DNA of 64,000 nt from a virus (taxonomy: Duplodnaviria > Caudoviricetes): IMG/VR virus record IMGVR_UViG_2939020026_000003, positions 1 to 64,000 of that record; one strand, 5' to 3'. Shown one piece after another: positions 48,568-57,991 of this stretch. The position numbers and the translations under genes were made by a program. Within the stretch, counting starts at the first letter, position 1, and every line of letters begins with the position of its first letter. The notes beneath the pieces are model-generated. The model was not told the origin of the DNA. It did not search any database and was given only the letters and a program-made list of their open reading frames with translations.

Positions 48568-49101
48568 ATGCCGATCACCACGCAGCAGCTACTGCAGATC
48601 CTCCCTAACGCCGGCCAGAAAGCCGGCGTTTTTGCACCTGTCCTGAATACGGCTATGAGCAGGTACCAGATCGTGACGCCGTTGCGCATCGCGGCATTCA
48701 TCGCCCAGGTCGGTCACGAGTCCGGCCAGCTGCGCTACGTCCGCGAGATTTGGGGGCCGACTCCGCAACAACTGGGATACGAGGGGCGCAAAGACCTGGG
48801 CAATACCGTGCCTGGCGATGGCTCCAAGTACCGTGGGCGCGGCCTGATCCAGATCACCGGTCGGGCAAACTATGCCGAGTGCGCCGAAGCGCTGGGCCTG
48901 GATCTGATCAACCATCCCGAATTGCTCGAGCTGGCGCAGCACGCCGCAATGTCGGCGGCGTGGTTCTGGCACCGGGCCGCGCTCAACACACTGGCCGACA
49001 AGCGCGAGTTCGTGACCATCACCAAACGTATCAACGGCGGCACGAACGGTCTGGCTGATCGGCAGGCGCTTTATGCGCGGGCGCTTGAGGTGCTGGCGTG
49101 A
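48568..49101 (+). CDS. GH19 endolysin
   Basis: AQVGHES, YRGRGLIQITG, INGG.NG. Confidence 0.95.
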   Translation: MPITTQQLLQILPNAGQKAGVFAPVLNTAMSRYQIVTPLRIAAFIAQVGHESGQLRYVREIWGPTPQQLGYEGRKDLGNTVPGDGSKYRGRGLIQITGRANYAECAEALGLDLINHPELLELAQHAAMSAAWFWHRAALNTLADKREFVTITKRINGGTNGLADRQALYARALEVLA

Positions 49102-49613
49102 AGGTCCTGCCGTGGAAGGCAGTCGGCCTGCTTCTGATCCTGCTGGCGCTGGGCGGTGCGTTGTACGGGGCATACCGGCACGGTGTGACCGTCACCGATC
49201 TGGCCTGGAAGGCGAAGTGGGCCAAGGAAGTCAGCGCCCAATCCGAAGCGGTGGCCACCACAACTACCGAGTACCGAACCGAAGAACAACGCCGCCAGAA
49301 AGCGGCCAACCAGGTGGCAAACGATGCAAGACAAGAACAGACCGCTGCGCTTACTGATGCTGCTGTCGCTGACGCTGCTGGCGACCGGCTGCGCGTCGAG
49401 GCCGGAAAGCTGGCAGCCGCCTCCAGTTGCGCCCCCGTCGATACCGGCGCTGCCCAGCGAGGCAAAGCAGCCAACCGCGCCGCCATGGTGCTCTCCGAGC
49501 TGCTCAGCAGGTCTGACGCGCGAGCGGGAGAACTCGCTAAATATGCTGACTCAGCCCGAATAGCTGGTCTTGCCTGTGAGCGCTCCTACAACTCCCTGAT
49601 TACCCCTGAGTAA
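49098..49613 (+). CDS. Rz: Inner spanin (DUF2514-like)
   Basis: N-terminal TM, coiled coil, GLACERSY. Confidence 0.88.
   Translation: MKVLPWKAVGLLLILLALGGALYGAYRHGVTVTDLAWKAKWAKEVSAQSEAVATTTTEYRTEEQRRQKAANQVANDARQEQTAALTDAAVADAAGDRLRVEAGKLAAASSCAPVDTGAAQRGKAANRAAMVLSELLSRSDARAGELAKYADSARIAGLACERSYNSLITPE
49324..49563 (+). CDS. Rz1: Embedded outer-membrane lipoprotein spanin
   Basis: +1 frame inside Rz; lipobox LATGC; Pro-rich. Confidence 0.85.
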   Translation: MQDKNRPLRLLMLLSLTLLATGCASRPESWQPPPVAPPSIPALPSEAKQPTAPPWCSPSCSAGLTRERENSLNMLTQPE

Positions 49614-49625
49614 CGGAACAATAAA

Positions 49626-49838
49626 ATGGCGACGACCCAGCTGATTCAGAAATACATGGGCCAGACGATGCTGATCGTCAAGGCGAACGGCGGCAGCGTG
49701 ACAGTCGAGAAAAAGGCGGGCGGTAGCTGGGTGGTGACTGACACCTTTACCAGCGACGGCGGCTACCTTCTGCAATTAGGTAACTCCGAGACCCGAATCA
49801 CCCCGACTGCCGGTGCTTACTTTGAGGTGACGCGATGA
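49626..49838 (+). CDS. Small beta-rich protein
   Basis: 70 aa; coupled to the SGNH gene. Confidence 0.7.
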   Translation: MATTQLIQKYMGQTMLIVKANGGSVTVEKKAGGSWVVTDTFTSDGGYLLQLGNSETRITPTAGAYFEVTR

Positions 49839-51078
49839 GCCTTCTGGTCAATCAGGCTCCGCGCCGCCAGCCGATCCGGCGTGGGCTCGGGCTATTGGGC
49901 GATAGCTTCTCGGGCAACTGCCACACCATCGGCGCGACCGTGTATGGAACCGAGGTCTACGGCTACGCGGCCTGGATCGCGGCGCGTACCGGCCTGTTCC
50001 CGAGCTACGTCGACAACCAAGGTAAGGTCGGCGACCACACCGGTCAGTTCCTGGCGCGTCTGCCGGCCTGCATTGCCTCGTCCACTGCCGATCTGTGGAT
50101 GCTGCTGTCCCGCACCAACGACAGCACCACGGCAGGTATGAGCCTGGCCGACACAAAAGCCAACGTGATGAAGATCGTCACCGCGTTCCTGAACACTCCG
50201 GGCAAGTACCTGATCGTCGGCACCGGAACTCCGCGATTCGGCAGCAAGGCGCTGACTGGTCAGGTTCTGGCCGATGCCATTGCGTACAAAGACTGGGTAT
50301 TGAGCTACGTCAGCCAGTTCGTGCCGATCGTGAACATCTGGGACGGCTTTACCGAGGCAATGACCGTGGAAGGCCTGCACCCTAATATTCTGGGTGCCGA
50401 CTTCATCAGTTCGCGGGTGGTGCCGATCATCACCGCCAACTTCGAATTCCCCGGCATCCCGCTGCCAACTGACGCTGGCGACATTTACTCGGCCATTCGC
50501 CCGTTCGGCTGCCTCAATGCCAACCCGCTGCTGGCGGGCACTGGCGGTACGCTCCCAGCTGGTGTGAACGCCGTGGCCGGTTCTGTTCTGGCGGACAGCT
50601 ACAAGGCAGTGGGCTCTGGCCTGACCGGCATCACGACTCGCTGGTACAAGGAGCCGTCGCCTATGGCGAGGCGCAGTGCATTGAGCTGGGAGGGACCCTT
50701 GCGGCGGCGGGCGGTTACATTTATGTACAGCCCACCGCCAACGTCACCACGACAAACCTGGCAGCCGGCGACGTTATTGAAATGGTGTGTGCCGTTGAAA
50801 TCGCCGGATCTTCACGCGGCATACTTGGCTGGGAAGCCGAGCTGACATTCACCAAGCCTGTCAGCGGCACGTCCACCACGATCTACTATCGATCAATGGA
50901 CAAGTATCAGGAGCCGTTTACGCTTCCCGCCAGTTTCTCCGGGGAGCTGGAAACGCAGCGCGGCACGATAGACATGACTGAAACCGTGATCACCTCGCGC
51001 ATGGGCCTGTACCTGGCTGCCGGTGTGGCGCAGAACTCAGCGGTCAAGGTGTCCCAGTTCGGCATCCGCAACGTGTGA
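49835..51078 (+). pseudogene. SGNH/GDSL hydrolase, frameshifted near 50655
   Basis: GDSFS, RTND, EGLHP; the alternate frame from about 50656 (VAYGEAQCIEL...) runs into the 50782-51078 ORF. Confidence 0.75.
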
Positions 51079-51087
51079 TTTGATCGT

Positions 51088-51107
51088 GGGGGAATTTTGG
51101 GGGAATG
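51088..51107. repeat. Probable integrase arm-type sites of the prophage
   Basis: Direct repeat TGGGGGAAT x2, about 100 bp from the att core. Confidence 0.55.
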
Positions 51108-51209
51108 GATCCCCCGAATGATGTGGAATCCTGTTGTGTCATGTGGCGCTAAAAACCCCTGTTTTGCTGGGGTGTGATGGTTTTTGGTTTGTGAAGATTA
51201 GGGGCGAAA

Positions 51210-51272
51210 ACGGATTCGAAATCCGTTGTACCTTCACCGGTACCTAGGGTTCGAATCCCTATCTCTCCGCCA
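51210..51272 (+). pseudogene. 3' fragment of tRNA-Ser(CGA) = attR
   Basis: Anticodon arm ACGGA-TTCGAAA-TCCGT, long variable arm, GGTTCGAATCC, CTCTCCGCCA; acceptor 5' strand and D arm absent. Confidence 0.9.
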
Positions 51273-51355
51273 TACGTTTAAAGCCTTTGTAAATCAAGCA
51301 CTTGCAGAGGTTTGGAAAAAGCGTTTTGTACCAACGCTTTGTACCAAAATAAAAT

Positions 51356-51386
51356 AGCCCTGATCTTCGGATTGGGGCTTTTTTTT
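51356..51386 (+). terminator. Terminator downstream of the tRNA 3' end
   Basis: AGCCCTGATC-TTCG-GATTGGGGCT followed by T-run. Confidence 0.8.
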
Positions 51387-51583
51387 GCGCAGAATTTGAC
51401 CAACTGCTGGGGATCATTGATCTGTCCTGTCGAAGCCAAGCTCACAGGTAGGTCCACTTCATATCGGAGCGAATTTAAGACGTTGTAAGGCGCTTCGGCA
51501 TGCCCGTGACAAATCCGGTAGGGTGGGGGCTGAAAATCGCTCAAAACGCTTCACAGAGGCATCTCTACGTAGGATCGATACGC

Positions 51584-51973
51584 ATGAATCCGCAAGAATT
51601 GACTGATGAAGAACTCGATGCCCTTGAATCCCAAGCGATGGAAGCTCTAGCCGCGATGGTTGAAACTCTGGGTAAGCAAGCGAAGCCTGATGTGCGGGTC
51701 ACACGACTCGCGAATGTCGATGTTCAGAACCTAAGAAGGTGCAGCATCTTCACCCCTGAGCCGGGTTTCCATCTCTTCATGAAGCTTGAAACGCAGAGCG
51801 GCGAGTGGGTGGAAATCACACCAAACAACGACGGAGAGAATGCCGGGGCTTTCGTGGTGTACGAAAATGCCGAAGGTGATATTCGACGGATCGTGGCGGG
51901 TTCGCCAATCGTGCGTACTGGCGATGGTTGGGTGATTGAAAGCTCGGCTTACCGGGTCGAAATTCTGAATTGA
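51584..51973 (+). CDS. Acidic hypothetical protein
   Basis: 129 aa from ATG 51584. Confidence 0.65.
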   Translation: MNPQELTDEELDALESQAMEALAAMVETLGKQAKPDVRVTRLANVDVQNLRRCSIFTPEPGFHLFMKLETQSGEWVEITPNNDGENAGAFVVYENAEGDIRRIVAGSPIVRTGDGWVIESSAYRVEILN

Positions 51974-52692
51974 AGTTAATCACACGCCAAACGTAGTTCA
52001 GAGCGCCTGTGCCAACTGCATGGTACTGAACTACCACTTCCTCATGTGAGAGCGGGGAATCTCCTTGAAAGGATCTGGCGTGGTTCGTTTTCTCGATGCG
52101 TGCGAGCTTCGCTGTAAACCTATTCTTAGATATTTGGCAAAGGATTTGTGGTTTGAGAATTGGGTGTGGCTTCTAAAAGGTGCCATTTACTCACAAATTA
52201 ACAGTTTCGAGCCTTTCGATGTGTGATTTATCAAAGATTGCTCTGAATGGCTCAAATTCGTGCGATTTGATAATTGTATAAATCTTCATTCTAAAGAACT
52301 ACAAATGCTTTAAATCCGCTTTTTATTTTTCATAGTCGAATCATTACGAAGGGAAAGCAAAAGGGTAAGTGTAGAAGCATTAAGGAAAAATCCATTTCCG
52401 CGAAGCGATTGGTCTTTACCTTCCTGCGTAGCAAGCGTTCTTGTTTTAAGCTTCTGACTTTCTCAAGAAATAACTAATTGATTTCTTAATGCAAGATTAA
52501 TTTTCATCACGCATTGCTTTCCAGTTCCCTTTTTTTAGTTCCCAATATCCCGTTCCCATTATAAAATTTTGGTGGTCGGCAGGATTGGTTAGGTTCGGGA
52601 TTGGTTTTTGCTGTTGGCTTTTAAATCTAAAAAACACGCGCGCACACACGTTGGAAATTCACCCCTTAATTTTAAAGGGCTGTAGAGTTGAT

Positions 52693-52823
52693 AAAGTACA
52701 CTGTACTGTACTTTATAACCAAAAATACTCAATTTATAAAGTACCCTGTGGTGTACTTTTTCAGGCTTTTTTTCCAGAGATTTCTGTGTTGGCGTTTTTA
52801 AGAAGTACACCACAGTGTACTTT
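52693..52823. repeat. Three 22-bp palindromic sites AAAGTAC-N8-GTACTTT (iterons/operators)
   Basis: 52693-52714, 52738-52759, 52802-52823, in about 1 kb of AT-rich non-coding DNA. Confidence 0.85.
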
Positions 52824-53212
52824 GTACGTCATCAAATATGGGTAAAATCGATTTGGATTGGTCTCAATATTTCCGTGATCAAGGTATTTTGCGAGATGCA
52901 CCTTCATTGAAATCCGTAAGTGGTTAATATTTCAATTCGTGCATTATAATAATAATCGATTAAATTCCGCCTAACGCCGAAATTTCTGTTATCAATATGA
53001 TATATTGATAAAACAAGAAATAAAACGGAGTAATTATATGGCATTTACGTTTATCAGTCACAATCCAAATACTAAAAAGAAACTAGCTGAATTAGCGCAT
53101 GAGAGCACCAATGCTTATGTGTTGCTGATGTTTCTGATGATTGAGTCAGACGAGTTTTATGGTAAGCATCAAGTCACTTATCAAAACTATGAATCAATGG
53201 CTGCTTACCTAG

Positions 53213-54421
53213 GGAGACGCTGAACAATTAACCCGTTCGCACCGTCCCCATTTCCAAGCCGGTTTTTTTCAACCTGCCGGCCTTATTTTACGTTTCTCGA
53301 GCAGATTTCTGCCCTCATTTTGCTGAAAGGCGGGCCAGTCCCGCCTTTCAGACGGATTTATCCTGCCGTCTGTTGTAAATACCGCTTGGCCAGCATCAGA
53401 TTGGCCAACCCAAACAAACTGAACAACTGCGCTGTATTCTTTTCCAGCCCACGGTAGCGAACCTTGCGATGATTGAAGCGCACCTTGATTACCTGGAAGG
53501 GGTGCTCGACCTTGGCACGCAGTTGCGCCTTGGCATATTCAATTTTGCGCTTGACCCGATACAGCACGCTGCCTTCGCCGTGCTGCTTGTAACTGCTTGG
53601 CCGTTCTGCAATCGACCAGATAACGTCCCGTTCAGCATGCTCCGGTCGCTTGGCCGCACCGGTGTATCCAGCGTCACCCGAAACATAGGTTTCGTCACCG
53701 TGAAGCAACTGGCCAACCTGGGTGACATCCGCCACGTTAGCGGCCGTCCCTACTACGCTGTGCACCAGCCCCGACGTGGCGTCTACACCAATGTGGGCCT
53801 TCATCCCAAAGTGCCATTGATTGCCTTTCCTGGCCTGATGCATCTCAGGATCACGCTTGCCTTCTCGGTTCTTGACCGAGGGCGGCGCGGCGATCAGAGT
53901 AGCGTCGACGATAGTGCCTTCCTTGAGCAGCAGCCCCCGGCTGGCCAGATGCTGGTTAATCGTTTCAAACAGCAGCCGGGTTAGCTGATGGACTTCCAGC
54001 AAGCGGCGAAAACGCAGCAAGGTGGTGGCATCCGGTGCAGACTCGCGACCCAGGTCGATACCCATAAAACCGCGGATGGCCTGGCTGTCGTAGACGGCAT
54101 CTTCGCAACCTTCATCGGAGAAACCGAAACACTGCTGCACGACGTACATGCGCAACATGCGCGACACCCCTATCGCAGGGCGTCCGCGCTTGCCTGCGGT
54201 GTTGCTATAAAACGGCGCCACTTGCGCCTCCAGCAGGGCCCAGGGCACCAACTGTTCAAGGTCAGCCAGGAAGCGATCTCGGCGAGTCTGCTTTTTCTTG
54301 CCGGTATATTCGAGTTCGGAGAAGGTCTTCTGCACGCGCGTAACGCTCACGGAGAGGGAGGCTGTTGAAGGAACTTAGTGTGCCAAGGGTGGGGACAGTT
54401 GGCTATTTTTGCAGCGCCTCC
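53213..54421 (-). mobile_element. IS5-family element, IS52-like (1209 bp), copy 1
   Basis: Imperfect IRs GGAGACGCTG / GGAGGCGCTG; CTAG target duplication. Confidence 0.92.
53358..54350 (-). CDS. IS5-family DDE transposase
   Basis: PDATTLLRFR, VDATLI, GMKAHIGVD, GDAGY, RAKVEHPF. Confidence 0.96.
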   Translation of the reverse strand: MSVTRVQKTFSELEYTGKKKQTRRDRFLADLEQLVPWALLEAQVAPFYSNTAGKRGRPAIGVSRMLRMYVVQQCFGFSDEGCEDAVYDSQAIRGFMGIDLGRESAPDATTLLRFRRLLEVHQLTRLLFETINQHLASRGLLLKEGTIVDATLIAAPPSVKNREGKRDPEMHQARKGNQWHFGMKAHIGVDATSGLVHSVVGTAANVADVTQVGQLLHGDETYVSGDAGYTGAAKRPEHAERDVIWSIAERPSSYKQHGEGSVLYRVKRKIEYAKAQLRAKVEHPFQVIKVRFNHRKVRYRGLEKNTAQLFSLFGLANLMLAKRYLQQTAG

Positions 54422-54425
54422 CTAG

Positions 54426-55634
54426 GGAGACGCTGAACAATTAACCCGTTCGCACCGTCCCCATTTCCAAGCCGGTTTTTTTCAACCTGCCGGCCTTATT
54501 TTACGTTTCTCGAGCAGATTTCTGCCCTCATTTTGCTGAAAGGCGGGCCAGTCCCGCCTTTCAGACGGATTTATCCTGCCGTCTGTTGTAAATACCGCTT
54601 GGCCAGCATCAGATTGGCCAACCCAAACAAACTGAACAACTGCGCTGTATTCTTTTCCAGCCCACGGTAGCGAACCTTGCGATGATTGAAGCGCACCTTG
54701 ATTACCTGGAAGGGGTGCTCGACCTTGGCACGCAGTTGCGCCTTGGCATATTCAATTTTGCGCTTGACCCGATACAGCACGCTGCCTTCGCCGTGCTGCT
54801 TGTAACTGCTTGGCCGTTCTGCAATCGACCAGATAACGTCCCGTTCAGCATGCTCCGGTCGCTTGGCCGCACCGGTGTATCCAGCGTCACCCGAAACATA
54901 GGTTTCGTCACCGTGAAGCAACTGGCCAACCTGGGTGACATCCGCCACGTTAGCGGCCGTCCCTACTACGCTGTGCACCAGCCCCGACGTGGCGTCTACA
55001 CCAATGTGGGCCTTCATCCCAAAGTGCCATTGATTGCCTTTCCTGGCCTGATGCATCTCAGGATCACGCTTGCCTTCTCGGTTCTTGACCGAGGGCGGCG
55101 CGGCGATCAGAGTAGCGTCGACGATAGTGCCTTCCTTGAGCAGCAGCCCCCGGCTGGCCAGATGCTGGTTAATCGTTTCAAACAGCAGCCGGGTTAGCTG
55201 ATGGACTTCCAGCAAGCGGCGAAAACGCAGCAAGGTGGTGGCATCCGGTGCAGACTCGCGACCCAGGTCGATACCCATAAAACCGCGGATGGCCTGGCTG
55301 TCGTAGACGGCATCTTCGCAACCTTCATCGGAGAAACCGAAACACTGCTGCACGACGTACATGCGCAACATGCGCGACACCCCTATCGCAGGGCGTCCGC
55401 GCTTGCCTGCGGTGTTGCTATAAAACGGCGCCACTTGCGCCTCCAGCAGGGCCCAGGGCACCAACTGTTCAAGGTCAGCCAGGAAGCGATCTCGGCGAGT
55501 CTGCTTTTTCTTGCCGGTATATTCGAGTTCGGAGAAGGTCTTCTGCACGCGCGTAACGCTCACGGAGAGGGAGGCTGTTGAAGGAACTTAGTGTGCCAAG
55601 GGTGGGGACAGTTGGCTATTTTTGCAGCGCCTCC
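54426..55634 (-). mobile_element. IS5-family element, IS52-like (1209 bp), copy 2
   Basis: Appears identical to copy 1; flanked by CTAG at 54422 and 55635. Confidence 0.92.
54571..55563 (-). CDS. IS5-family DDE transposase
   Basis: Protein identical to copy 1. Confidence 0.96.
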   Translation of the reverse strand: MSVTRVQKTFSELEYTGKKKQTRRDRFLADLEQLVPWALLEAQVAPFYSNTAGKRGRPAIGVSRMLRMYVVQQCFGFSDEGCEDAVYDSQAIRGFMGIDLGRESAPDATTLLRFRRLLEVHQLTRLLFETINQHLASRGLLLKEGTIVDATLIAAPPSVKNREGKRDPEMHQARKGNQWHFGMKAHIGVDATSGLVHSVVGTAANVADVTQVGQLLHGDETYVSGDAGYTGAAKRPEHAERDVIWSIAERPSSYKQHGEGSVLYRVKRKIEYAKAQLRAKVEHPFQVIKVRFNHRKVRYRGLEKNTAQLFSLFGLANLMLAKRYLQQTAG

Positions 55635-55772
55635 CTAGGGAAGTCGAAGGAAACAGTTAGGGTTGCGCTCAATATTTTAAGAAGAAGGATGCTCATTTCA
55701 GAAGAGTATGACGCGAAAAATAGAAATTTCCTAATCGAAGTTTTAGTAAATAAATTTTAAAAAGAAGATTAG

Positions 55773-56273
55773 GTGATTGAAATGAATAACCCCTTTAAGA
55801 GCGTGATATCTGTCAAAGATGTGGTGCAGTCTTTTTATCAGACTAACCTAAAGGCTCGTCCGCTGCTGTCTGCAGTTAATAGATCTGATAGCTACGCCAG
55901 AGATATTTTGGACATGGCTTGCGAGATGATGGATAGAAATAATGAATGTACAGTTACTTATGCTGAGTTAGATAAGGAGCTTGGAATTAAGCAATCAAGG
56001 ACACGTACACGCTCTGTGAACATCCTTAGAATGCTCAATTTGGTAGACACAATCAATGGCAACAAAAAAGGAGTCATTCTGTTCAGAATCAATGCTAGAG
56101 CGTTCAGTAAAACAGGCATAAACGTTAAGGAAAAGGACGGAAGATTTTGCGATGATCTGAATTCAGAAATGATTGGTAAAGATGGGAAGGTAAAAAAAGA
56201 GTGCATTGAGTCGTATAGATACTACGAAAAGAATCAGGAAAAGGTAGAGAAAAATGATGGTTTGCCTTTTTGA
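55773..56273 (+). CDS. wHTH / RepL-like protein
   Basis: MDRNNECTVTYAELDKELGI...VNILRMLNLV...FRINAR. Confidence 0.7.
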   Translation: MIEMNNPFKSVISVKDVVQSFYQTNLKARPLLSAVNRSDSYARDILDMACEMMDRNNECTVTYAELDKELGIKQSRTRTRSVNILRMLNLVDTINGNKKGVILFRINARAFSKTGINVKEKDGRFCDDLNSEMIGKDGKVKKECIESYRYYEKNQEKVEKNDGLPF

Positions 56274-56419
56274 TCTGCGTAGCAATGTAGTTCATAGGTA
56301 TTTATTTTAGGTATTGCTAATCCTCAAATTTGAGGATTGTTTTTAACAAATATTTTCTTTTGTCTGTTGATTTGTTGGTTTCAAATGTTACTATATTTGA
56401 AATAAACATTAATTTAACA

Positions 56420-56794
56420 ATGAACACTAAAGCAGATACTCTTTTTCATTTGATAGCAGCACATAATGGGTTTTCTCCCAGCACAGAAAAGGTTTTCAGG
56501 GAACTGATGAAGTTTCTCGATTCCGATGGTCTGATAAATATCAATTTCTATCATAAAAAACATATTTCTAATGAGGCTGGCGTAGCTACTCATACCGTCA
56601 ATAACATTATTTTGAAATTGAAAAAATCGGGTTTTCTCAAATCTGTTGATACAGGTTGCTTCAAGCCAAGTAAATCATTATTCGTGAATGATTATTTCGA
56701 TGGATTGTATGCGCGCACTGGATGGAAGAATCTGAATTATGAAATAAAGATAAATAGCAACACTGGGTTGATGCAAGTGATAGGTGCAGTATGA
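56420..56794 (+). CDS. wHTH / RepL-like protein
   Basis: KKHISNEAGVATHTVNNIILKLKKSGFL...GCFKPSKSLF. Confidence 0.7.
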   Translation: MNTKADTLFHLIAAHNGFSPSTEKVFRELMKFLDSDGLININFYHKKHISNEAGVATHTVNNIILKLKKSGFLKSVDTGCFKPSKSLFVNDYFDGLYARTGWKNLNYEIKINSNTGLMQVIGAV

Positions 56795-57669
56795 ATTACG
56801 CCTCTGTCTCAGACCGCCAGAAATTCCTTGTGAGCCAGCTTTCAACCTTCGATGCTGACCATTTCATCGTCATCGTGAAGCCTAACGCTGCGCTGCGCAG
56901 AAAGGGCAAGACAGATCTCACAATCAACCATATCCCTCGCACGTCAGGCTTCAGGTCTATTGGATACGCCGTGGAAGACTTCATGCAGTCAAGGCTCTGG
57001 AATTGTCTCAGTAAATACAACTCTGAGGGCTACAGCATCACAGTGAAGTGTAAGTCCACGAAGTACCACTACGTTGCGCTCTATGACGTGAGCCACGCAG
57101 AGCTGACAAGGCTGGTGGAAGGTGAAGGCGCGGCTCCTTGCTTCGTGAGCTTCCTGAGCGAAAACGACCGTCAAGAGAGGTTCTACTCAGTAGTCCTGCG
57201 CTTCTGTGTGACGGACCATAAGAAAGACAAGATTTACGCGAAGAAAGTGGCTAGCAGCTTTCAAGTCAAATATGGCTTGAAGAAGATTGACGACCTTGAA
57301 GCCTGCATTCCATTGGCAGGGTTTTGGGACAAGAAATCAGGAACGTTGGTGAAACCTAGCCGTGTGAAAAGTCGCGATTGTGAAGCCTGTACAAAGCGTT
57401 TAGCGATGTTCGTGAAGGGTGGGCTGGCAGATCTGCAGGATGAGCCAGAAGCCCCCTTAATCGACCGTTCTGGCAATGATGACTTCTATTTCGAGTCATG
57501 CCTTCAGATGATGGTTTACAACGCCAATAAAGCCGGTGACGTGATAGACGAAGCTGACATTGAAAGACGGTTGATAAATAAATTGGTCAAAGAGCATTAT
57601 CACATCGACCAAATCAAAGGATTTTTCGTTCGACGCGAAATGCCAAAAGAAGAGGTCTGCGATTTCTAA
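56791..57669 (+). CDS. Degenerate RepB' (RSF1010-type) primase-like protein
   Basis: N.EGY.I, VALYDV (cf. LVDD), G.APC.V, IPLAGF..KK (cf. RLAGFTNRK). Confidence 0.6.
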   Translation: MNYASVSDRQKFLVSQLSTFDADHFIVIVKPNAALRRKGKTDLTINHIPRTSGFRSIGYAVEDFMQSRLWNCLSKYNSEGYSITVKCKSTKYHYVALYDVSHAELTRLVEGEGAAPCFVSFLSENDRQERFYSVVLRFCVTDHKKDKIYAKKVASSFQVKYGLKKIDDLEACIPLAGFWDKKSGTLVKPSRVKSRDCEACTKRLAMFVKGGLADLQDEPEAPLIDRSGNDDFYFESCLQMMVYNANKAGDVIDEADIERRLINKLVKEHYHIDQIKGFFVRREMPKEEVCDF

Positions 57670-57991
57670 AAAGAATCGCTTGCAGCCGGTTACGGACCGA
57701 TCAGTAATTTTTCAGCCCTGCACATAATTTTGATGCCGAGAAAATTTAAATTATTTTCGATAAAGGCTTGAGTTTCATAATTAAATGGTAGAATAAAATG
57801 GTAGGCAGATAAAAGTATTATTTGGTTGTAAGATTTCGAGTCTGTCTACGGGTTTCATTTTTAAATTATTTGTTATCAAAAACATCTCCGTTTTTGAACC
57901 GCCCGCGTTGGCGGTTTTTTTCGTATCGATCTTGTCAGGCGCAGGGAATCGATCAATCATGCGCCTTTCCATCTGCATGGGGATTTTGCAA

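Larger units (their letters stand above)
1..51272. mobile_element. Lambdoid siphovirus prophage integrated at tRNA-Ser(CGA); attL lies just upstream of the window
   Basis: Canonical gene order int-xis-recombination-cI/cro-replication-nin-Q-holin-terminase-head-tail-lysin, ending at a tRNA 3' fragment. Confidence 0.95.
53038..55760 (+). pseudogene. 98-aa wHTH protein interrupted by a tandem IS pair
   Basis: Removing the IS restores ...ESMAAYLG|KSKETVRVALNILRRRMLI... in frame. Confidence 0.85.

Noticed and set aside
51190-51272. Intact tRNA-Ser gene
   Set aside because: The 5' acceptor strand and D arm are missing; it is the att duplication
52693-52823. CRISPR-like array
   Set aside because: Only three short palindromes with unequal spacing and no cas genes
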